Shown here piece by piece: positions 1 to 7,264 of a stretch of DNA of 64,000 nucleotides. The first letter of the stretch is position 1; every line of letters starts with the position of its first letter. Below the pieces are notes generated by a model. The model worked only from the letters and a program-made list of their open reading frames with translations, was not told where the DNA came from and did not search any database. This DNA comes from an uncultured Nitrososphaerota archaeon (GTDB lineage: Archaea > Thermoproteota > Nitrososphaeria > Nitrososphaerales > Gagatemarchaeaceae). A program made the translations under genes and the position numbers. The DNA lies in the NCBI GenBank assembly GCA_963838925.1, contig CAWISW010000001.1, positions 96,001 to 160,000 of the forward strand, read 5' to 3'.

Positions 1-746
1 TGACCATCCTTTAGGGCTAGGACCACGTTGAATGTCCAGTCTACGAATGGAGAGGATTGGGAGACCCATTCATAGAAGCCAAAAGGCTTGTCAGCCGGCT
101 TTGGGACGTCTCTCTTCCGTCCCATGCGTAATCCGAGTTGGTTCGCACAAAGGCTTGTGAAATCCCCAATCTTCACATTTGTTTCGTATCTCTTGCTTAG
201 GACGACATGAACATTTCTGTGGCCGCGTCCTGGCTTTGGTTTGTGCGCGTCCCCTATGATCATCCCAACGAAGAAGCCGAACAAGTACTCCCGGCTGATT
301 CCAACAACCGGGGGCCCTGGAGGGACGAGCTTACTCAAGACGTGATCAACGTCACTCCAGGAGGAAATAGCTTCGGGGACTTCAACGAAAGAGCCAATTG
401 GGTTCGCATACCCATGAGAACATTCCATCGTTAGCCACACGAACCCCTCCCGGGGTTGGCCAAATTCAAGTAGGGCCTTAAGATAGAGACCAAGCTTTGG
501 CGGCCTAGTCAGCTCCGACCACTCTGTAGCAAGATCTTTCTTGATGTCAATCTTCTCTAGGACGTTCGGCGGAGCACGACTGTTGCGGGAGAGGTTCAGG
601 ACGTCTACGAACTCGGAGAATAGTCTCACGTCACGAGGAAGCGGTTCGCAACCTTTCCAGAAGAATTTCGTAAAGCCGAGGTCGTCACCGTGCGCAACGA
701 CGTGGTCAATCATGCGTTGCTCTAGCTCCGCGCCCGCGACGCCCAT
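1..746 (-). CDS. Free-standing LAGLIDADG homing-endonuclease-like protein (partial, runs off window start)
   Basis: Manually read minus frame from ATG at 746 to position 1 has no stop (>=248 aa). It contains REYLFGFFVGMIIGDAH followed by a beta-strand-like HVVLSKRY, resembling a LAGLIDADG helix. Absent from the ORF track because its stop lies outside the window. Confidence 0.6.
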   Translation of the reverse strand, partial: MGVAGAELEQRMIDHVVAHGDDLGFTKFFWKGCEPLPRDVRLFSEFVDVLNLSRNSRAPPNVLEKIDIKKDLATEWSELTRPPKLGLYLKALLEFGQPREGFVWLTMECSHGYANPIGSFVEVPEAISSWSDVDHVLSKLVPPGPPVVGISREYLFGFFVGMIIGDAHKPKPGRGHRNVHVVLSKRYETNVKIGDFTSLCANQLGLRMGRKRDVPKPADKPFGFYEWVSQSSPFVDWTFNVVLALKDG

Positions 747-1049
747 GCCTTTGACCGTGCGGATTCTATTTAGACACCCACGCGCTTAATCGGCCGACTC
801 TTCCTTCGTCGCCTCCAAAATCGAATCCCCCGCCCGCCCTCCTTGTCTGACCCCTGACCCAAGCATCCTCGGCCTAGGCAAGGGGACTGGAAGCCACTTT
901 TTCGATAGAATCACCGCCTCTCTTTGACGCACGTGGAATCCCGCCGTCGGGAGGTGACCCAGCCGACTTTGGTCTCCATCGCTCTCTATATTTATATGCA
1001 CATTCGTCAAGGCTCCGATTCCAAGTCGAGTCACCGGTGATTCATTGAA

Positions 1050-1235
1050 TTGTACACGCCCAAGCGCTGCCACTTTTGCGGGAAGGACGTCCACCTCGGG
1101 ACCGGCATACTCCTCGTGATGAACGACGGGACCTCGAAGAGCTTCTGCTCCAACAAGTGCAAGACGAACGACCTCAAGCTGAAGCGGGACCCGCGCAAGC
1201 TAAAGTGGGCTCGCAGAAACCGGACCACCCGCTAA
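1050..1235 (+). CDS. rpl24e: 50S ribosomal protein L24e
   Basis: CxFCG...GTG...DG...FCSNKC...KRDPRKLKW signature; TTG start. Confidence 0.95.
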   Translation: MYTPKRCHFCGKDVHLGTGILLVMNDGTSKSFCSNKCKTNDLKLKRDPRKLKWARRNRTTR

Positions 1236-1247
1236 GTGACCGTCACC

Positions 1248-1664
1248 ATGTCGCAGCCAGACCCCAACGAGAAGACCCTCATCGTCGTGAAGCCCGGAGC
1301 GGTCGCCCGAGGGTTCGTGGGCGAGATTCTCGGGAGGTTCGAGAAGCGGGGCATGAAGATACTGCAGCTAAAGTCCCAGACCATGACCAAGGCCAAGGCG
1401 GAGGAGTTCTACAGCGTCCACAAGGAGCGGCCCTTCTTCGGCGAGCTCGTCGCGTCCTTCTCGGGCGGGATGACCGTCGGCGCGGTGATCCAGGGGATGG
1501 ACGCCGTCGCCACCGTCAGGAGGATGGTCGGCGCGACGAAGAGCTGGGAGGCTGCCCCCGGGACGATCCGAGCGGACCTGGCCATCGGGCTGACCGACAA
1601 CGCAATCCACGCCTCCGACTCGAAAGAGTCCTTCGAAAGAGAGAGCAAGGCCTACTTCTCCTGA
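1248..1664 (+). CDS. ndk: Nucleoside diphosphate kinase
   Basis: EKTLIVVKP, RPFFGEL, PGTIRAD, NAIHASDS motifs; ATG 1248 (GTG 1236 also possible). Confidence 0.97.
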   Translation: MSQPDPNEKTLIVVKPGAVARGFVGEILGRFEKRGMKILQLKSQTMTKAKAEEFYSVHKERPFFGELVASFSGGMTVGAVIQGMDAVATVRRMVGATKSWEAAPGTIRADLAIGLTDNAIHASDSKESFERESKAYFS

Positions 1665-1759
1665 CCCGCCAGCCGCTTTCTGCGCGATGACTTTTTTCTA
1701 ACCGCTCGCTAGAAAATAGTTGACGCGCGGCATCTTAGACGTGCGCGGGCAATTGTCCA

Positions 1760-2131
1760 ATGTTCATGGGTCAAATCTCGCGAGCCCTCGCGCTGGAGCA
1801 GGCGGGCGACTACCGGAGTGCGGTCAAATCGTTGATGAGCGTCCTCGATGACATCGAGGCGTCCTCGGAGTGGGACAGCGTCTGCGAATGGATAGCAAGC
1901 TGTTTCGAGAAGATCGGCGAGCACGCCGAGGCAGGGTTCTGGTACGAGACCGCGGGCCAGCTCACCCTCGCAGGCGACTCCTCGCCGGTCCCCCGGAAGA
2001 TATCCTCGGCGCTCTTCTTCGTCCAGAGGGCGTCGGACTGCTACTCGAGGTGTGGAACGGAGGGCGAGATGGCGACCGCCCGGACCAGGGCGATAAGCGT
2101 GGTGTTGGAGAGAGCATGTCCTCCCGCGTGA
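1760..2131 (+). CDS. Small TPR/SNAP-like alpha-helical protein
   Basis: Helical repeats with patterns ALALEQAGDYRSA and ASCFEKIGEHAEAGFWYETAG; GC3-rich codon usage like neighbouring genes. Confidence 0.55.
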   Translation: MFMGQISRALALEQAGDYRSAVKSLMSVLDDIEASSEWDSVCEWIASCFEKIGEHAEAGFWYETAGQLTLAGDSSPVPRKISSALFFVQRASDCYSRCGTEGEMATARTRAISVVLERACPPA

Positions 2132-2231
2132 TGTTCTTCCGCTCGATCGCTCTGCGGCCGAGGCCGAAGCGCCGCAAGACCGGCAACTAGTCCTCACCAG
2201 CCGGTCCCCCCCTCAGCGGGGCTCGGGCGCT

Positions 2232-2801
2232 CTAGTTCTTGGGCTCAGACCCGCTACCGAGGAAGAAGTTGCCGATCTTGGTTATCCTCTCCCTGATGGT
2301 GGTCGCGGTCGTGTCTATCTGGAAGTAGAGGTCGAGCGATTTCAGGGACTGGGGGAAGTTGGGCCCGCGTCCCACCCTCAGGAGGGGTCTCTCGGTGCAG
2401 ACGGCAAGGACGGAGTCGATGAACTTCTTCCCGTCCTCTGGCGACTTGCTAACTGAGCACCGGATGGACAGAATCTCCCCGGTGTCGACGTCCCTGGCCA
2501 TCCAGAGGACTCCCTGGGTTTCACTGTTAAGATAAGCGACGTTCTCCTCGATCGTCACCAGGCGCCTCTTCTTCTCGGGCGTCGGGAGGGCGGCCATGAC
2601 CGCCTTCTGCGCGTCGTGGACCGCGACGTGGGATATCCCACCCAGGAGCTTGGACGCATCTCGTGAAGTGTACCCTGAAGCGCACAGGACCGCTGCCATG
2701 ACCTTCTTTTCCGTGGGAATCCTGCTCCTTTTGATGACGTTCTGGTCCTTCGCCCACGCAGAGAGGAACTCGATTATGGTGGGAGGAGGGGGGCTCGTCA
2801 A
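2232..2801 (-). CDS. IS6-family transposase-derived protein, catalytic DDE residues lost (HTH plus RNase H-like fold)
   Basis: Collinear with archaeal IS6 transposases: R-I-P-TEKKVMAAVL..SGYTSRDASKLLGGISHVAV (HTH), PEKKRRLVTIEEN (normally VAIDET), LWMARDVDTGEILSI, VLAVCTERPLLRVGRGPNF (normally VDRGPWY). ORF intact. Confidence 0.75.
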   Translation of the reverse strand: MTSPPPPTIIEFLSAWAKDQNVIKRSRIPTEKKVMAAVLCASGYTSRDASKLLGGISHVAVHDAQKAVMAALPTPEKKRRLVTIEENVAYLNSETQGVLWMARDVDTGEILSIRCSVSKSPEDGKKFIDSVLAVCTERPLLRVGRGPNFPQSLKSLDLYFQIDTTATTIRERITKIGNFFLGSGSEPKN

Positions 2802-2804
2802 GAC

Positions 2805-2951
2805 CTGTTAAGATAAGGCGCTCCACACTCATTAATGAGCTTTGCGAAATTATTCTCAAAAAAGGGTCCACGAACAGCGTTAAGTTAGCGTTCGGAGGCT
2901 GTTAACTTATCAGAATTCATAACGGTTATCTAGAAATTCCTACCCTAACAG
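2805..2951. promoter_or_regulatory. Divergent promoter region with repeated CTGTTAAGATAAG-like sites and palindrome CTCATTAATGAG
   Basis: Motif copies at 2805-2817, 2877-2889, 2899-2911 and (reverse) 2939-2951; perfect 12-bp palindrome at 2828-2839. Confidence 0.6.
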
Positions 2952-2958
2952 AGACAAG

Positions 2959-4014
2959 ATGGAAGTAAGTAACGAAGGAATGGACTTCATAGAAGCCGAA
3001 AAAATCGCAGCAGTCATGCGGATGGCCAAACCTAACGTGACCGTAATTGGTCTCGGAGGAGCCGGAAGCAACATCATCTCCTGGATCAAGGAGAGAGGCA
3101 TCGCCGGCGGCAAACTCATCGCCGCCAACACAGACGCAGCACACCTGAGCATCACCAAGGCGGATCGCAGGATCCTCATTGGAGAGAAGCTCACGCACGG
3201 CCAGGGCGCCGGAGGGTACCCACAGCGCGGTGCGGCAGCAACAAAGGAGTCGATCGACGACTTCCAAAAGGAAACACAAAACAGCAACATCATCTTCCTG
3301 TGCGCGGGCCTCGGAGGAGGCACCGGAACAGGTGCGATCGAGGTCCTCTCAAAGGAACTCGCAAGGCAGGGCCGCCTAGTGATAGGGGTCGTGACTTTGC
3401 CGTTCTCTGTCGAGAGGTTCAGGTACGACAACGCGAAGAACGCTCTCAAGGTTCTCCGCCAGTACTGTGACACCGTCGTCGCAATCGACAACACCAAACT
3501 GTCCAAAGTCGCAGGCGACCTGCCGTTACAGCAGGCGCTGGGCGTTGCCAACGAGCTGGTAGGCCAGTTCGTGAAGGGCATCACCGAGACCATCACCACG
3601 GCCAGTCTCATCAACATCGACTACGCTGACCTCCGCGCCATATGCGAGCGCAAGGGTCTAGCCGCGATCGGTGTCGGAGAGGCAAAGGGCTCTGACAGGG
3701 TTGAGGTCGCGATCAGGCAGGCCATCGAAGGGCAGCTGCTCGACATCAGAGACGTTACCAAGTCGCAAGGGGTACTCGTCCACGTGACAGGCGGCTCGGA
3801 CGTGACGCTGGAGGAGGTCACAAGGGCAGGCGAACTCGTAACAAAGTCGCTACCTCCGAAGGTCAGGATCGTCTGGGGCGCACGCGTAGACCCGTCTCTG
3901 GAAGGCCGTGTAAAGTGCATGGTCATGCTCACTGGCGTGGAGAGCACTTTCCTCGCTCAGCAGCAAGAGTACAGCTTCTCGTTCGGTCCTCTGAAGATCG
4001 GTCCAAAGAGCTAA
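2959..4014 (+). CDS. ftsZ: Cell division protein FtsZ
   Basis: GLGGAGSN, AANTDAAHL, tubulin signature GLGGGTGTG, T7 loop LINIDYADL, IVWGARVD. Confidence 0.97.
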   Translation: MEVSNEGMDFIEAEKIAAVMRMAKPNVTVIGLGGAGSNIISWIKERGIAGGKLIAANTDAAHLSITKADRRILIGEKLTHGQGAGGYPQRGAAATKESIDDFQKETQNSNIIFLCAGLGGGTGTGAIEVLSKELARQGRLVIGVVTLPFSVERFRYDNAKNALKVLRQYCDTVVAIDNTKLSKVAGDLPLQQALGVANELVGQFVKGITETITTASLINIDYADLRAICERKGLAAIGVGEAKGSDRVEVAIRQAIEGQLLDIRDVTKSQGVLVHVTGGSDVTLEEVTRAGELVTKSLPPKVRIVWGARVDPSLEGRVKCMVMLTGVESTFLAQQQEYSFSFGPLKIGPKS

Positions 4015-4060
4015 AGAGCAAGGGCTGCGAGCCTTTCGCTCTCCTTTCCTTTTTATTTTT
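4015..4060 (+). terminator. Probable terminator after ftsZ
   Basis: Stem-like agagc/aagggct...agcctttcgctct followed by a pyrimidine/T-rich run ctttcctttttattttt. Confidence 0.5.
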
Positions 4061-4148
4061 CACAACCCAGCGGGAGCTGTGGCCGCGTATTCGGCAAGCC
4101 GATCCGACCGCGCAAGGCATAAGTCGGGCCTGCGTCGGCGGGAATTTC

Positions 4149-4562
4149 GTGAGGAGCAGGTCCCTCTCTGCGGCCGCGGCCCTCTCGCTGGCCATCGTCC
4201 TAGCGTCGAGCTTCGCCCAGGCGGCCTCAGCCTCTGTCTTCGTGGGGGGAACGGGCGACTGGACGCTGGTCGGCGATCCTACCGTGCAGACCTTAGGGGC
4301 GTCCCAGGCGGCTGAGCTCACCTACGAGAACCACCTGGCAACTCCCGTGTTGGGGGTGGTCATCATGGTCCTGCACAACAACATCGGCCAGACCGTGTAC
4401 TACACCACGGCGACGATCAATCTCAACTCCAGCTCCTACGGGACGGTCTTCCTCGTCGAGTATGGGGTGAATCCCGGTGTCTACAACGCGACCTTCTTCG
4501 CGTTCAGTGTCGCTGGGATTGCGATCTCCAATTGTGCGGAGACGTCCTTCCCGGCTCGGTGA
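4149..4562 (+). CDS. Small secreted Ig-like protein, homologous to the C-terminal domain of the 1135-aa S-layer-like protein
   Basis: GTG 4149 gives a signal peptide (RSRSLSAAAALSLAIVLASSFAQA); HNNIGQTVYYTTATI...GVYNATFF...GIAIS matches HNAAGQTVDISTATI...GTYSVTLF...GTAIS at the end of ORF 27228-30635. Confidence 0.7.
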   Translation: MRSRSLSAAAALSLAIVLASSFAQAASASVFVGGTGDWTLVGDPTVQTLGASQAAELTYENHLATPVLGVVIMVLHNNIGQTVYYTTATINLNSSSYGTVFLVEYGVNPGVYNATFFAFSVAGIAISNCAETSFPAR

Positions 4563-4629
4563 CGCTGAAAAAAGCGAAGCAAGGGATAATTAGTAGTGGG
4601 TTCCCCATAACCCTGAATGCTGATTTCGC

Positions 4630-6444
4630 ATGTCCCAGTCAGAACAAAAACTCCGACAACCAGTCGTAGTCGTGCTGGGGCATGTTGACAGCGGAAAAAC
4701 TTCACTTTTGGATCGGATTAGGGGGACGGGCGTCCAGGCCCGCGAGGCTGGCGGGATCACCCAGGAGATCGGCGCCAGCTTCTTCCCGATGGAGACGCTC
4801 GAGGCAATCTGCGGCCCGCTGCTCTCGAAGACCGGCGGGCAGCTGAAGATACCCGGGCTCCTCGTCATCGACACACCCGGTCACGAGATATTCTCTAACC
4901 TGAGGATGCGGGGCGGCTCCGCGGCGGACATCGCGATCCTGCTCGTCGACGTCCTGAAGGGCCTTGAGAACCAGACCATCGAGAGCATAGAGATTCTCAA
5001 GGAGAGGCACGTCCCGTTCCTAGTGGCGCTCAACAAGGTCGACATGATCAGGGGCTGGAGGAAGGACACCAACAGCGGGAAGGGGGGCATCTCCCTCGCC
5101 GCCGCCCTCAAGCTGCAGCCCCCGGAGTGGAACGACGAGCTCGAGGAGCGCCTCTACAACGTGGTCGGCGGGCTCTCGAGGGCCGGCTTCCAGGCCGAGG
5201 CGTTCTACCGCATCCAGGACTTCCGCAAGCAGGTCGCGATCATCCCAGTCTCCGCGAGGACCGGCGTCGGCATACCGGAGCTCCTCGCGGTGCTCATCGG
5301 GCTCGCCCAGCAGTTCCTGACCACCAAGCTCTCCCAGGGGTCGGCCGACGTCTCCGGCAAGACCAAGGGGATCGTCCTAGAGCTCCAGGAGGAGGTGGGG
5401 ATGGGGCAGACCGCCAACATCATCCTCACCGACGGGACCCTCCACGTGGGGGACAAGATAGTGATCGTGAAGCGGGACGGGGCGGCGCAGTCCAAGGTGA
5501 AGGCCCTCTTCATGCCCAAGCCCCTCGACGAGATGCGGGACCCTCGCGACAAGTTCACCGCGGTGAACGAGGTGTACGCGGCCGCGGGCGTGAAGCTGGT
5601 CAGCCCCGACCTCGAGGGGGTAATCCCGGGGACAGCCGTGACGACCTTCCAGGACGAGGCGGAGTTCGAGAGCCTGAAGGCAGAGCTCGAGAAGGACCTC
5701 GGCACCCTGAGGCGCAGGAGCGACAACGTCGGGGTGGTGGTGAAGGCGGGGAGCATCGGCGGCTTGGAGGCTCTCATCAAGATGCTCGAGGACCGCGCCA
5801 TCCCCGTGCGCTCGGCCGACATCGGCGACATCTCAAAGGCCGAGATAATCGAGGCGGAGGCCGTGGCTGAGCGCGACCCCTACCTCGGCGCCATCATCGG
5901 GTTCGACGTCAAGGTCCTCCCAGAGGCAAAGGAGAGCCAGGAGCGCGTCAAGATCATCGCCTCCGAGGTCATCTACGACTCGGTCGAGGGCTACGTCCAG
6001 TGGGTGGCGTCGAAGAAGGAGGAGGACGAGAGGACGGCCCTCCAGAACGTCACCATGCCCGCGAAGATAAAGGCGCTGAAGGGGAACTTCTTCAGAAGGA
6101 ACGACCCCGCGGTCTTCGGCGTCGAGGTCCTCGCAGGCAGGCTAAAGCCCAAGGTCAGGCTGATGAACCAGAAGGGCGAGGAGGTCGGGATCGTCGAGCA
6201 GATCCAGGAAAACGGGAAGAACATCCCCGAGGCCGGCAAGGGGATGCAGGTCGCGATCTCCGTGAAGGGCCCCACCCTTGGGAGGACCATCAAGGAGGAC
6301 GAGGACCTCTTCACGTTCCCCACGAGCCACGACGCGAAGATACTGAAGGGCAAGTACGCCTCCACCCTGAGCCCTGACGACCAGCAGGCGTTCGAGGAGA
6401 TAATCGCCATAAGGTCCGCGAAGGACATGCTCTACGGGTTCTAG
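4630..6444 (+). CDS. infB: Translation initiation factor aIF5B (IF-2)
   Basis: LRQPVVVVLGHVDSGKT, REAGGITQEIGA, IDTPGHE, NKVD, KPLDEMRDP; 604 aa. Confidence 0.98.
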   Translation: MSQSEQKLRQPVVVVLGHVDSGKTSLLDRIRGTGVQAREAGGITQEIGASFFPMETLEAICGPLLSKTGGQLKIPGLLVIDTPGHEIFSNLRMRGGSAADIAILLVDVLKGLENQTIESIEILKERHVPFLVALNKVDMIRGWRKDTNSGKGGISLAAALKLQPPEWNDELEERLYNVVGGLSRAGFQAEAFYRIQDFRKQVAIIPVSARTGVGIPELLAVLIGLAQQFLTTKLSQGSADVSGKTKGIVLELQEEVGMGQTANIILTDGTLHVGDKIVIVKRDGAAQSKVKALFMPKPLDEMRDPRDKFTAVNEVYAAAGVKLVSPDLEGVIPGTAVTTFQDEAEFESLKAELEKDLGTLRRRSDNVGVVVKAGSIGGLEALIKMLEDRAIPVRSADIGDISKAEIIEAEAVAERDPYLGAIIGFDVKVLPEAKESQERVKIIASEVIYDSVEGYVQWVASKKEEDERTALQNVTMPAKIKALKGNFFRRNDPAVFGVEVLAGRLKPKVRLMNQKGEEVGIVEQIQENGKNIPEAGKGMQVAISVKGPTLGRTIKEDEDLFTFPTSHDAKILKGKYASTLSPDDQQAFEEIIAIRSAKDMLYGF

Positions 6445-6450
6445 CGCCGA

Positions 6451-6744
6451 CTACTTGCGCGCCTCGAGGGTGGCGACCCTGCCCTCAACGCTCGAGATCC
6501 TGTCGACCAGGGCCAGTCTCTGGTCAAGGCCGCCCATCCTCTCGTCCAGGCGCTTGATCTCGGAATGGACCGCGGCGAACTGTCCCTCCATCCTGTTCTG
6601 TAGGCCGTCTATCTTGCCTTCCAACCCACCTATCTTGCCTTCCAGCCCGTTGACCCTACCGCCGAGAGCCTTAATCTCGCCCTTAATCTCACCCAGCTGG
6701 GGAAGGAGGATCCGCTCTATCCAAACGGGAGTCTTCTCCGCCAT
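6451..6744 (-). CDS. Small coiled-coil protein with heptad repeats
   Basis: Repeated GLEGKI heptads; TATA-like cttaaata upstream on the minus strand. Confidence 0.7.
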   Translation of the reverse strand: MAEKTPVWIERILLPQLGEIKGEIKALGGRVNGLEGKIGGLEGKIDGLQNRMEGQFAAVHSEIKRLDERMGGLDQRLALVDRISSVEGRVATLEARK

Positions 6745-6863
6745 CCCGACCTCCCAATAATGACTTGGAGATATTTAAGCCCCCTCCCAGATGACTCCCT
6801 CTTCCGTTGTGGCTCTCTCCTACAATTCGCTTAATAACCGAGCCTTGGGGTAGGGTTTGAAAA

Positions 6864-7205
6864 TTGGCGCAGTTCAAGATCGTCATCTCGGATAAAAAAA
6901 CGGGCAAGTCCGAGGTCCTCGAGGCGAAGGACTCCACCGCCCAGCTCTTCGTGGGCAGGAGGCTCGGGGACACGGTCGACCTCAGCGCCGTAGGCCAGAA
7001 CTACAAGGTCAAGATCACCGGGGGCAGCGACAAGGCCGGCTTCCCTATGCGCGCCGACATCCTCGGAGGCGGCAAGAGGTACGTCCTCCTCACCGAGGGG
7101 GTGGGCTTCAGGAACGCCGTCGAGGGCGAGAAGCGGAGGAAGCTCGTCCGCGGGGGCCTCGTCACCGACGAGGTCTACCAGCTCAACGCGGTCAAGGTCG
7201 AATAG
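6864..7205 (+). CDS. rps6e: 30S ribosomal protein S6e
   Basis: FKIVISD, KITGGSDKAGFPMRAD, GEKRRKLVRG, YQLN. Confidence 0.97.
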   Translation: MAQFKIVISDKKTGKSEVLEAKDSTAQLFVGRRLGDTVDLSAVGQNYKVKITGGSDKAGFPMRADILGGGKRYVLLTEGVGFRNAVEGEKRRKLVRGGLVTDEVYQLNAVKVE

Positions 7206-7264
7206 GCCGGTACGTCAATCACCTTAAAATACACGCGCGGCCGCCGCCAGCCCAACCGTTCCTA

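Noticed and set aside
207-789. Plus-strand ORFs 207-434 and 541-789
   Set aside because: Antisense shadows of the long minus-strand LAGLIDADG-like frame
786-1094. 102-aa minus ORF, or readthrough into the LAGLIDADG frame
   Set aside because: Overlaps rpl24e and the AT-rich promoter region; stop is TAA; no recognisable motif. It is not rps28e.
2232-2817. Active IS6 insertion sequence
   Set aside because: Catalytic residues appear altered; no matching inverted repeat or target duplication at the 3' end; host-like codon usage
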